Shown here: positions 23,925 through 35,006 of the stretch, one piece after another
Layout of the letters: every line of letters starts with the position of its first letter
Position numbering within the stretch: position 1 is the stretch's first letter
Source: Octopus bimaculoides
Lineage: Eukaryota
Direction: 5' to 3'
Length of the DNA stretch: 47,759 nucleotides
Assembly: GCF_001194135.2 (NCBI RefSeq)
Contig: NC_068981.1
Location: forward strand, 34,314,187-34,361,945
Program-made: the position numbers and the translations under genes
The notes under the pieces: generated by a model
Told to the model about the DNA's origin: nothing
Seen by the model: only the letters and a program-made list of their open reading frames with translations
The model's database searches: none

Positions 23925-24080
23925 ATCTTTTATTTGTTCCTGTCATTAGACTGCGGCCATACTCCTGCTGCACCTGGTAGAATTTTAGTCAAATGGCTCG
24001 ACCCCAGTACTGGTTTTCTTCTTGTTTTTTTTTTTAACCTGTTACTTATTCCATTGGTTCTCTTTTGACGAACCACTATA
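23925..24080 (-). mobile_element. SINE family B 3' fragment
   Basis: GTCATTAGACTGCGGCCAT…TCGACCCCAGTACT…TACTTATTCCATTGGTTCTCTTTTGACGAACC. Confidence 0.75.
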
Positions 24081-24329
24081 TTTGAAAAGTTTCCTCCTAC
24101 TTTTTTGAATTGCAAAATCTTTGATCAGATCCTCAAAATTAATCTTAAGTAACACATCCGCATCTATACTTAGTAGAGATAAAGGCATCCCGAATATTAC
24201 TTTACGAAGTTTAAAGTGATTTCTTTTGTGTCGTAAACCATTTACCATTTCTGTGGTGCCCCCACCCCACTTCTATTGATGCCCTAAGCACATGCTTATT
24301 TTGCTTAATGGTTAATCCAGCGCTGCGTC

Positions 24330-24443
24330 TACCAAATCGATTCACAAAGCATTAGTCTGCGCGAGACTATAGCATATAACCCCTTGCTCAAGTTGCTGTG
24401 CAGTGGGACTGAACCCAAGGCGAGTTTCTTACGCACTGCGCCT
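24330..24443 (-). mobile_element. SINE family B head fragment
   Basis: ACCAAATCGATTCACAAAG…CTTGCTCAAG…GCAGTGGGACTGAACCC…GCGCCT. Confidence 0.75.
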
Positions 24444-24895
24444 AAAAAAAAGAATAAATCATTTTATGAAAGAGACTTCCCTAAGTGATTAACAGTAAGG
24501 AACATGCTGCCCCAATCTTTCGATGCCTTAATCATCGTACTACAAAGACTCAAGGCTTATTGTAACAGCATGTCTGTCGCTTGGAAGTCGCTATTTTTAT
24601 CTTTTGTATATATTAGTCTTAGCGTAGTTACATGATCTTTGTTTACAACACTGTCGAGCAGTCAGTTGACACGGCCTCCTTATATATAACACTAGACCAG
24701 CAGTCAACGGGTGAGTCTCCACGTGTTGTTGTTAGCTCCCCGACCTGCTAAATCTCTCTCTAACCTAACTCCTTTCTACCGTCTGAAGAAGAGAAAGGCA
24801 TAATGATGGATGATGCAGTAATATAATATGCATGACTTGTGTCTGAAAAAAAAAAAAAAAAAAAATGTGACGGTTGGATATGGAAAATATTCAGA

Positions 24896-25363
24896 GGTGC
24901 CGATATGGCTGTGTGGTTAAGAAGCTCGCTTTGCAACCACGTAGTCTCGGGTTCAATCGTCCAGCGCGGCACCTTGAGCAAGTGTCCTCTATAGTCCCAG
25001 ACTGATTAATGCCTTGTTGATGAATTTGATAGGCGGAAACTGTGTGAAACCCGTCGTAACGTGTGTGTGCGTGTGTGTCCATGCGTGTGTGTCCATGCGT
25101 GTGCATCCATGCGTGTGTGTCCATGCATGTGTGTGAGTGTGTGCGTGTGTCTTTGTGTTTGATTTTTTCCGGCTACTATTTAACAACCGTGTTGGTTTGT
25201 TTACGTCTCTGTAATTTAAAGGTTCAGCAAAGGACGATGATAGCATAAAAAAAAAAGAAAAAAAGAAAAGAAAAGTAGTGGGATCGATTTCGACTAAACC
25301 CTTCGAGGCGGTGCTCTAGCATGGCCGCAATCCTATGACTGAAACATGTAAAAAAATAAAAAG
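24896..25363 (+). mobile_element. SINE family B full-length, older copy; internal tract converted to a 14-bp minisatellite
   Basis: Head TGGCTGTGTGGTTAAG…GGGTTCAATC, GGCACCTTGAGCAAGTGT, internal (GTGTGTCCATGCGT) x about 4, tail GGCGGTGCTCTAGCATGGCCGCA…GACTGAAACATGTAAAA. Confidence 0.88.
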
Positions 25364-26384
25364 ATCCGCCCAGCCAGCGCTTACCTAGAGCTTAACAGTT
25401 GCAGCCGCAATGCTTCGCTACAATGACATATACGTTGTTGTTTGTAGATATTGACCGTTCCACAGGTTATAATAAACTGAGTCGGATTCTCAGTAATGGA
25501 GAGGAAAAGAGTTATATGTATGTGTATATTTAATACTTGATGCTGCCTAGCGTAGGTCAACCTTGATTAAATAAGCCTATGATCAATGACAATCCAATCC
25601 AGATGTGGCCAACCAATCTTGTTTTTACGCATAGTATATCCTGTAGAAATTTCACTGAAGAGGTTCTGCGTTCTGGTTATCAGATATCGCCTAGCTCAAT
25701 TCTGGTTACGTTTAATACGTAGTTGTCTGCTACCTGATCTCGGCATTTCGGGAGGTAGGGGTGATACGTTAGCCTGATTGATTGCTACTTCTAATAGGTA
25801 AAACCACCATGCAAAGTATCTCCTTTGGGTTTTCATTTAATGGAATTATTGTTAGAAATAGCAGCTAAATCTTAAACTACACCACAACGTCAAAAAGAAC
25901 AAAACGGATGAAAAATTGTGCTGCGGCACTAATTGTAAACAAAGTTTGGTGATGGGGAAAGAATTAGTTGCCACCTTTTTCATTTATCCAACTCTATATT
26001 CGTCTTTTTGTTCCTTTTTAAGATGTTACGGTGTAGCTTAAGGAAGATTTGTTTGTTATTCTTGCAGGTTGAGAAACCACGCAAAGGCTTCGTATGTGCT
26101 GATCTGCGTTACCATGGAGATCAGCATAAACAATAATATCAACAATGGACGCTTTCGATTGGCTATAATTGTATAATTTTCAATGCTTATAACGTTTTTA
26201 GTATTTATTTCTAGCAAAAAAAAACCAGTTAATGCAATTTTATTCAACATACAAAATTACACGTCAACTATATTTAAAAAAAAATAATTGGTGAAAATTT
26301 GAAAAACTTCAAGTGGTTGGAAGAAACTTAGCAAGAACTGTCCTGGGGGCATACGGCTTTGTTGTTGGTATTACCACTATTCAT

Positions 26385-26640
26385 GCGACACCTGTGGTTG
26401 TTGCTATAGTTATGATAATGGTGAGAGTGGAGGTGGTAGTGGTAGGAATGATGAGAGTTGTGATGATGGTGACAAGAATAGTGTTATTAGTGGTGGTGGT
26501 GATGGCGATGTTGTGCCAGCGATGGTGGTAATATTGTTGAGAGTAGCGGTGGTGGTAGTGGTGGTAGTGGTAGGAGTCCTTGTGATGATGGCGATAAGTG
26601 TGGCGTTGACGGAAAGGGTGGTAATGGTTGTGACGTCAGT
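26385..26640. repeat. Decayed (GGT)/(GAT) trinucleotide tract
   Basis: Direct reading. Confidence 0.8.
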
Positions 26641-26920
26641 GATATTTGTTTTTGTAAAAGATGGCTCAGTAACACGCTTCGCGTTGAAAGCATTTGAAGG
26701 ATTGGCTGTAATTTTTTGTGTTACTCTAAAGATGATATGACAAAGAAGTCAAACTAAGAGTTTAGAATGTAGGAAAGGGAGAGGAGGGAAGGAGAAGAAA
26801 GAGCGAGAGAAGAATGTGAGACAGAGAGACCTTCAGAAAAAGGAGACACATTGGTCTGTAAAAACAACAATATTCAAGAATTTTGTTTGTATTGAGTTAT
26901 ATTATGCTTATTACTGTTTT

Positions 26921-27120
26921 GTTGTTGGCACTCCGTTGCTTACGACGTCGAGGGTTCCAGTTGATCCGATCAACGGAACAGCCCGCTCGTGAAATTAACG
27001 TGCAAGTGGCTGAACACTCCACAGCCACGTGTACCCTTAACGTAGTTCTCGGAGATATTCAGCGTGACACAGTGTGACAAGGCTGACCCTTTGAATTACA
27101 GGCACAACAGAAACAGGAAG
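26921..27120 (-). mobile_element. SINE family C 3' portion, running into a gap
   Basis: Reverse complement matches 6700-6838. The same terminus TGTTGGCACTCCGT(T/C)GCT recurs at 45887-45905. Confidence 0.8.
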
Positions 27121-27556
27121 NNNNNNNNNNNNNNNNNNNNNNNNNNNNNNNNNNNNNNNNNNNNNNNNNNNNNNNNNNNNNNNNNNNNNNNNNNNNNNNN
27201 NNNNNNNNNNNNNNNNNNNNNNNNNNNNNNNNNNNNNNNNNNNNNNNNNNNNNNNNNNNNNNNNNNNNNNNNNNNNNNNNNNNNNNNNNNNNNNNNNNNN
27301 NNNNNNNNNNNNNNNNNNNNNNNNNNNNNNNNNNNNNNNNNNNNNNNNNNNNNNNNNNNNNNNNNNNNNNNNNNNNNNNNNNNNNNNNNNNNNNNNNNNN
27401 NNNNNNNNNNNNNNNNNNNNNNNNNNNNNNNNNNNNNNNNNNNNNNNNNNNNNNNNNNNNNNNNNNNNNNNNNNGCAGGATATTTCCTTGCAGTGTATTT
27501 TCATCAAATAATTTTACGTTTGAGGGTTAACCTTCTCTTACCGGATCGATAAAATA

Positions 27557-27784
27557 TTAGGTTGTCCGGAAAGTTCGTGCCGATTTTTAAAGGAAAGAAA
27601 AAGGTCAATAAATACTTGCCATTACATTTTTAATTAACCAAATATGAACCATTTTGTTGCGCAATGCGTCTCCATCTTTCCTTTAACTTGAAAATACCCT
27701 CTTCCCAGAATTGAGGTGGTTTCATGGCAAATAATTCGAAAGGTAAGCTACTATAAATCGGCATGAACTTTCCGGACAGCCCAT
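27557..27784 (-). mobile_element. 228-bp mariner deletion derivative (MITE) with 30-bp TIRs and TA flanks
   Basis: TIRs TTAGGTTGTCCGGAAAGTTCGTGCCGATTT (27557-27586) and 27755-27784 (26/30); TA at 27555-56 and 27785-86. The interior encodes a mariner C-terminus FAMKPPQFWEEGIFKLKERWRRIAQQNGSYLVN*. Confidence 0.92.
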
Positions 27785-27789
27785 TAGTA

Positions 27790-27929
27790 AAGGCGCAGGC
27801 GTTGCTGTGTGGTAGGAAGTTTGCCTGGCAACCATATGGTTCCGAGATCAGTCCCACTGCGTGGCATCTTCGGTAAGTGTCTTCTATTATAATTTCGGGT
27901 CGATCAAAGGCTTGTGAGTGGATTTGGGG
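27790..27929 (+). mobile_element. SINE family B head fragment
   Basis: AGGCGCAGGCGTTGCTGTGTGGTAGGAAG…CAGTCCCACTGCGTGGCA…CTTGTGAGTGGATTTGG. Confidence 0.88.
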
Positions 27930-29139
27930 ATCTTTCTGATTTGGCGGGCGCCACTTGTTTTCTTAACGAAACATTTTCAAACTTGGGACACTGGTAGAAT
28001 GTGTCATATAAAACATCTTTTACGCTTAGTGTTATTGAGAAAATTTTATCTTTTTAAAGTTATTTCGTGTTAAAATTGTTGTATTTCGGTAATTTCAACC
28101 AATCACTGANNNNNNNNNNNNNNNNNNNNNNNNNNNNNNNNNNNNNNNNNNNNNNNNNNNNNNNNNNNNNNNNNNNNNNNNNNNNNNNNNNNNNNNNNNN
28201 NNNNNNNNNNNNNNNNNNNNNNNNNNNNNNNNNNNNNNNNNNNNNNNNNNNNNNNNNNNNNNNNNNNNNNNNNNNNNNNNNNNNNNNNNNNNNNNNNNNN
28301 NNNNNNNNNNNNNNNNNNNNNNNNNNNNNNNNNNNNNNNNNNNNNNNNNNNNNNNNNNNNNNNNNNNNNNNNNNNNNNNNNNNNNNNNNNNNNNNNNNNN
28401 NNNNNNNNNNNNNNNNNNNNNNNNNNNNNNNNNNNNNNNNNNNNNNNNNNNNNNNNNNNNNNNNNNNNNNNNNNNNNNNNNNNNNNNNNNNNNNNNNNNN
28501 NNNNNNNNNNNNNNNNNNNNNNNNNNNNNNNNNNNNNNNNNNNNNNNNNNNNNNNNNNNNNNNNNNNNNNNNNNNNNNNNNNNNNNNNNNNNNNNNNNNN
28601 NNNNNNNNNNNNNNNNNNNNNNNNNNNNNNNNNNNNNNNNNNNNNNNNNNNNNNNNNNNNNNNNNNNNNNNNNNNNNNNNNNNNNNNNNNNNNNNNNNNN
28701 NNNNNNNNNNNNNNNNNNNNNNNNNNNNNNNNNNNNNNNNNNNNNNNNNNNNNNNNNNNNNNNNNNNNNNNNNNNNNNNNNNNNNNNNNNNNNNNNNNNN
28801 NNNNNNNNNNNNNNNNNNNNNNNNNNNNNNNNNNNNNNNNNNNNNNNNNNNNNNNNNNNNNNNNNNNNNNNNNNNNNNNNNNNNNNNNNNNNNNNNNNNN
28901 NNNNNNNNNNNNNNNNNNNNNTGCAGTTTCGGCCGGTTAGACTCGAGACTGCTCCAATCTGGCTGGCCCCAAGAAAATTTAAGCCAAGAGTACTAGATTC
29001 CTTGGAAGAAAGCAAGCGAACGTATACAAAAACAAGGACGAAAGAAACGGAGAAATGGTACACAATTACAAATACAAGCAACCGGTCATTAACAACAAGT
29101 GTCTTTCGACTAAGGACAATACACACATAGGACGAGCTT

Positions 29140-29245
29140 GCGTCCACCAAATTCACTCACGAGGTATTATTCAGCCCGGTGTTATACTAAAAGACACTTG
29201 ACAAAGATGTCGAAGTGTGGTATTGAACTCGAAACCGCATATGAA
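29140..29245 (-). mobile_element. SINE family B head fragment
   Basis: CACCAAATTCACTCACGAGG…AAGACACTTGACAAAG…ATTGAACTCGAAACC. Confidence 0.7.
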
Positions 29246-29255
29246 AATTGTCTTT

Positions 29256-29286
<31 letters not shown>

Positions 29287-29614
29287 GTTTACGTGCGATA
29301 TTCAGTACTTCATTCCTTAACTAATCGAAATTCAAGCTACTGGCCCATTTCAGTTATTTCCCTTTGCTTATTCTTCTTTGCTTATTCTTCTTACTTTCTG
29401 AAAATTATTCGTAATTGCTTTTGTCTATAATAAAACAAGCCAAATTAAGCCAGATTAAACCAAATATGCAAAGTTATCCCTTGCTTGCAAAAACATGGCA
29501 TTGCATCTCCTAAGCATGTAAATTCAGTTCGAAACATTCTTCTTCTTTGTTACTTTTTTTTTTTTTGGTAACTGTTGCTGTCATCTATACCATTATTATC
29601 GCTTCTGATGTTTT

Positions 29615-30116
29615 TAATGATGATGTTGATGATGATGATGATGATGATGACGATGACGAATATGATGATGATGATGATATTAATCCTGGTCGTAAAGGTT
29701 ATGTCGATATTTCGATATTGGTAGTAAGATGGATAGACGATTATGATTACGATGATGATGAAGTTGATGATGGATGGGTGGGTGGGTGTCGGAGGATCAT
29801 GCTGGTCGTAATTGCAGTGGTGGTTGTAGTTGATACTGGTGGTGATGGTAGTAATAGTCGTTGATGATGATGATGATGATGTGATGGTAGTGTGTGTCTG
29901 TGTGGGAGGGTGATGATGATGATGATGACGACGACGTCGGCGACGGTGATACTGAAGTGGGTTGGAAAAGATTATGATGATAATCACCGTTGTAGTGGTT
30001 GCGGTGATGATGATGGTGATGATGATGACGATGATGATGATGACGATGATGATAATGATGATGATGACGATGATGATGATGATGATGATGACGATGATGA
30101 TGACGATGATGATGAC

Positions 30117-30151
<35 letters not shown>

Positions 30152-30305
30152 CGATGATGGTGATGATGGTGACGACGACGCTGATGATGATGAGGAGGAT
30201 GGTAAAGATTATGGTGATGATGATAACGGCTTATGAGCGCGATAATGATGATTATTACAGTGATGACGTGAATGATGATGATGATGATGATGATGATGAT
30301 TATGG
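29615..30305. repeat. Long (GAT)n/(GAC)n trinucleotide field
   Basis: Direct reading; purest part about 30005-30160. Confidence 0.95.
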
Positions 30306-30827
30306 TGTGTCTCGCAGACAGCATGATACTTTTGTTTTTTTATTTTTGATTTATAAATTTTTTTTCTTTTTTTTTTCTATTTTGTTTGTTCTGACAGTTG
30401 TAGGAAACGAGTGGGACTGTACACGTAGGCGTCTCATGTCACTTAGTCTAGTCTGTGTTTCATACAACCTTCAACACCATCCTTCACTTTGTCGGTGTTC
30501 TGTTTCTCCACACACCCCACACTCACTTAGTCTGGCCTATGTTTCTCCTGCCCCTCCCTCCCCCCGCCGATCTCTACCATTTATCCCCACCCCCACCCAC
30601 TATCCAACCACCATCACCACTTTTCACAGTACCAATCCCTAACCGCCACTGCTAACAACCATCGCCACCACCATCGCCACCAACACCCCCTTCTGTCTCT
30701 CAGCACCAACACTTTTATCGCTAACTCGAAAGACCACTGCCAATTCTAATCGAGCCAATGAAAGAGGTTCAAATGGGTCGCTCGGGGTTGTAGAAATAGC
30801 AGCAAAATTTCGCTCAAATTGAAATCT

Positions 30828-31035
30828 TTTTATCTTTTAATTGTTTCAGTCATTTGACTGTGGCCATGCTGGGGCACCGCCTTCAAGGGTTTTTTTAGTC
30901 GAACAAATCGACCGCAGAACTTATGTTTTTAAAGCTTACTACTTATTCTATCGGTTCCTTTTGCCGAATCGCTAAGTTATGGAGACGTAAACAACCAGCA
31001 CCGGTTGGAGGGGGCCAAACAGACACAAAGTCATG
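30828..31035 (-). mobile_element. SINE family B 3' half
   Basis: TGTTTCAGTCATTTGACTGTGGCCATGCTGGGGCACCGCC…TACTTATTCTATCGG…GCCGAATCGCTAAGTTA. Confidence 0.9.
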
Positions 31036-31044
31036 CACACATAC

Positions 31045-31160
31045 CATCTGGTTCATAACTGATGAAGAATTATCTGTCTCCCGTCCGGTTGTACACTCAG
31101 CATACGTTAGACGTTTTTTACCTGTCGTTTGTTTATTTACAATACATTTTTTTCATTTCT
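31045..31160 (+). repeat. Unclassified interspersed repeat, second copy at 39212-39330 (possibly Penelope-like terminus)
   Basis: Shared TGGTT.ATAACTGATGAAGAATTA…CCCGT.CG.TT.TACA.TCAG.ATACGTTA…TGTCGTTTGTTTATTTAC.ATACA.TTTTT. Confidence 0.7.
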
Positions 31161-31174
31161 TACATATACATGTA

Positions 31175-31598
31175 AGGCGGCGAGCTGGCAGAACCGTTAG
31201 CACGCCGGGCGAAATGCTTAGCGGTATTTCATCTGCCGTTACGTTCTGAGTTCAAATTCCGCCGCGGTCGACTTTGCCTTTCATCGTTTCGAGGTCGATG
31301 AAATAAGTACCAGTTACGCACTGGGATCGATATAATCGACTTAATCTGTTTGTCTGTCCTTGTTTGTTCCCTCTGTGTGTAGACCCTTGTGGGCAGTAAA
31401 GAAATAAGAAACGTTAGCACGCCGGGCGAAATGCTTAGTGGTATTTCGTCCGTCTCAACGTTCTGAGTTCAAATTCCACCGAGGTCGACTTTGCCTTTCA
31501 TCCTTTCAGGGTCGATAAATTAAGTACTGGTGTCGATCTAATCTACTGGACCCCTCCTTCAAAATGTCAGGCCTTGTGCCTAGAGTAGAGAAGATTAT
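31175..31598 (+). mobile_element. Dimeric SINE family A with 11-bp TSD
   Basis: Same architecture and junction (GAAATAAG|AAACGTTAGCAC at 31408/31409) as 20895-21322. Flanked by ATATACATGTA at 31164-31174 and 31599-31609. Confidence 0.92.
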
Positions 31599-32063
31599 AT
31601 ATACATGTACATATATACATATATATACATACACACACACACACACACACATATAAATATGCGTTTATTTCAGTCATTTTAATTCAGTCGTTTTGCTATT
31701 AACATATTAAGTAATATAAATCTAGCTAAAAGGGGGCGAATAACGTTGAAGGGTTTCTGGAGTAACGTTACTCGACAGTTTGCGTAGCTCAGAGATCAGG
31801 ATGTCTCACCGGGTCGAGTCGTTTCTTCTCCGTATTGAAGGAGTCACGGCTCCTGTGTTAGGAACATGTGATTAAAATGTTGCAGGAAAGAATCACAAGA
31901 CTAATTTTTCAGGCCGAGCAAATGGGCAACAGACCCAGGGTTAGGTTAGGCTAAGGACGAGATAGTTGGATAATCTCTATAATCTCAGTTGGTCATGCTT
32001 GAGAATCCAACCAGAAGTGTAATGAAGGTTACTTCAGATAAGCACTTATGGAGCAGGTGTTTA

Positions 32064-32253
32064 AAGACTCTCCTCCCACGACTCTCCCCAAGACTCTCCC
32101 CAAGACTCTCCCCCAAGACTCTCCTCCAAGACTCTCCCCTAAGACTCTCACCCAAGACTCTCCTCCAAGACTCTCTCCAAAACTCTCCCCAAGACTCTCC
32201 TCCAAGACTCTCTCCCAAGACTCTCCTCCAAGACTCTCCCCCAAGACTCTCCC
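32064..32253 (+). repeat. Young 12-13 bp minisatellite, 15 copies of AAGACTCTC(C/T)2-4
   Basis: Units counted by eye; strongly pyrimidine-rich on the plus strand. Confidence 0.95.
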
Positions 32254-32497
32254 AGGAATTTTGGGTGGAGAAAATGTGTGGATAGATTTTTTTTTTGTTT
32301 GTTTTTTAATCGATGACCAATTTCATCAAATTTCTCACTGGAATCTTGGAATTTACCCCTAGTTAAAAACATTTTAGTGTAGATTGATGCAAAATGAAAA
32401 GCCATTGGCTCCTGATATCAAAAATCACCACCACTAGCACCCCCACACACCACCACCACCAACAACAACAACAATACCATCAACCGCTACTTACAAT

Positions 32498-32625
32498 TGG
32501 ACGTGCTAGAAATAACAACCAAATCTCTCTCAAATCATACTCTAACGTCTTTAACATAGGAAAGACACGTTAGATAATGTTAACCTAGATATATCTAGAA
32601 AACAAAAAAGTTTGAAAAGGGAATG
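32498..32625 (+). mobile_element. Interspersed repeat family F fragment
   Basis: AGAAATAACAACCAAATCTCTCTCAAATC…TTAGATAATGT shared with 42085-42220. Confidence 0.55.
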
Positions 32626-32744
32626 ACACGTTATCAGTCTGGTGGCAACAGCTGGAACAACGGTGGAAACGAGGAAAAGTCAAAACAGAAAAACAAAACA
32701 CATTGACACGTAATGGGGACTATACAACAGCGACGATTATGTAG

Positions 32745-32860
32745 TGTACCATCACCTCCACTACAGCTACCACCACTACCAACTAACTACACCACCACCA
32801 CCAACACATTCACTACCGCCACCACCACCACCACTACCATCGTTATCATCAAAATGATTA

Positions 32861-32907
<47 letters not shown>

Positions 32908-32933
32908 TTACCACCACCACCACAACAACAACA

Positions 32934-32987
<54 letters not shown>

Positions 32988-32990
32988 GCC
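32745..32990. repeat. (CTA)n/(CCA)n/(CAA)n trinucleotide field
   Basis: Direct reading. Confidence 0.95.
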
Positions 32991-33717
32991 ATCGCCAGCT
33001 CAACAAAGACAGTGCAGTGTGGTTAGGGAAATTTAGTTATTTCCAAAAGGACGGGTGCTACTGGAAAAGTTCCCTTACCAACANNNNNNNNNNNNNNNNN
33101 NNNNNNNNNNNNNNNNNNNNNNNNNNNNNNNNNNNNNNNNNNNNNNNNNNNNNNNNNNNNNNNNNNNNNNNNNNNNNNNNNNNNNNNNNNNNNNNNNNNT
33201 GATTCCATGCGAAAGACGTGTTTTTCTTTCATTTTTTTATTTTTTATTTTAGGGCTGGGTAGTTAAAAGCTTGAGGGTGTACCTGTAAAAATTTACCAGC
33301 AGGGTCACCCTATATTAATCGGAAACGTAGATTGCTGTGCGACTCATAAACCTTCTCGCAGCTTAAACCGTCCAAAGGACAGGTGTGCTTTTAGTATATA
33401 TATATGTGTGTATGTGTGTGTGTGTGTATAAAATACTTCGACATGGCTGACCGTTCGAACGGACTTTACTGCGATTTTTTAACCCCAAGAAGACGTCTCG
33501 TCTAGCTGGTAAGCGATACACAGCTGCGTCGAGATATTGCGAGCAGGAGAGCGAACTCCTACCATCTTCTAACAACGGGATCAGCAGACCAGCCTGGTTT
33601 CAGGCTATTTCTGCCTCTCTTCAGTACTGGACACCTCGTCTGCTAGAGATGGCAGTAACTCACCTCTGGTCGCAATATATATATTTCAAGTGAACACACA
33701 GTTGCTGATATTGCAAC

Positions 33718-33993
33718 AAGCGAAAATGATGGTTCTAAAATCTCTCAGAGATCAACGCTGTAGTTGTATTAACAAGTAATGTTCGTAGCCACTTCAACAT
33801 GGCTGTCCGTTCGAGCTCGTAGTATCTCAGTTGCAGCTGTGCATCGTTAAATCAGCTAGGAAAGGTGTCCTCTTGGGGTTAAAAAATCGCATGTTCGAAT
33901 GGACAACCATGCTGAAGTGGCTACGAACATTACTTGTTAATACAACTACTGCGTTGATCTCTTAGAGAGATTTTATAACTAACATCTTTGCTT
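33718..33993. repeat. Fold-back inverted repeat (arms about 97 bp, 80-bp spacer); the spacer is an inverted copy of 33469-33543
   Basis: 33718-33814 is the reverse complement of 33895-33993. Spacer reverse complement TGCGATTTTTTAACCCCAAGA…CACAGCTGC…GAGATA.T.CGAG matches 33469-33543. Confidence 0.88.
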
Positions 33994-34007
33994 ATATATA
34001 TGTATAA

Positions 34008-34070
<63 letters not shown>

Positions 34071-34337
34071 CATACATNNNNNNNNNNNNNNNNNNNNNNN
34101 NNNNNNNNNNNNNNNNNNNNNNNNNNNNNNNNNNNNNNNNNNNNNNNNNNNNNNNNNNNNNNNNNNNNNNNNNNNNNNNNNNNNNNNNNNNNNNNNNNNN
34201 NNNNNNNNNNNNNNNNNNNNNNNNNNNNNNNNNNNNNNNNNNNNNNNNNNNNNNNNNNNNNNNNNNNNNNNNNNNNNNNNNNNNNNNNNNNNNNNNNNNN
34301 NNNNNNNNNNNNNNNNNNNNNNNNNNNNNNNNNNNNN

Positions 34338-34591
34338 CCTCAGATTAATAAACACATCGATTGGACTACATTTATAGCTTATTTTTTAATACAAAGCATG
34401 ACATAAGAAATAGGTGACATAACATATCTTACGGCCGTTTCTGACCCGTCGCATTTATTTGTAGACAGCATTTTAAGCAACGGATCGGAAACGACTGTAA
34501 GATATGTTACGTCAACTATTTCTTATGTCATGCTTTGTATTAAAAAATAAGCTATAAATGTGGTCCAATCGATGTTTTTGTTAATCTGAGG
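34338..34591. mobile_element. Near-perfect 254-bp palindrome (115-bp arms, 24-nt loop); MITE/foldback-like
   Basis: 34338-34452 vs reverse complement of 34477-34591: ungapped, 10 mismatches by manual count. The left end abuts an N gap. Confidence 0.88.
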
Positions 34592-34774
34592 TTTTCTCCA
34601 TTTTCTGATTATTTGCATTGGTTCCTGACAAACTCTTGTTTATCCTTTTGTTACCTGCACTCTATGTGCATAGTATGCCTGCACACCAATGCCCGGTGAT
34701 GACACGGGTAAAGAATACCGATAGTATATACGGATATTTTATCCCTTATTCGGTTATTATAACCGCTAACTCTG

Positions 34775-34814
<40 letters not shown>

Positions 34815-34934
34815 CATACATATTCCTATGGCTGTAAGGGCTTTTCTGGCAATGTAGGTGCTACCCTGCGCCCTCAGTCACAACTAGTATATATATATAT
34901 ATATATGTGTGTGAGTGTGTGCGTNNNNNNNNNN

Positions 34935-35006
<72 letters not shown>

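Noticed and set aside
27935-28109. Repeat-like AT-rich segment before the gap
   Set aside because: No second copy, TIR or ORF is visible in this window, so it cannot be classified.
28922-28960. Minus-strand CTCGAG…GGCCGAAACTGCA hammerhead-like string
   Set aside because: Lacks the CTGANGA core (GA missing) and is cut by an N gap; cannot be supported.
29797-30642. Poly-Asp, poly-Met and poly-His ORFs
   Set aside because: Three-frame readings of a (GAT)n microsatellite; no flanking domain or splice context.
31935-31958. TTAGG/TTAGGG telomere-like motifs
   Set aside because: Only about 2-3 imperfect units; not an interstitial telomeric array.
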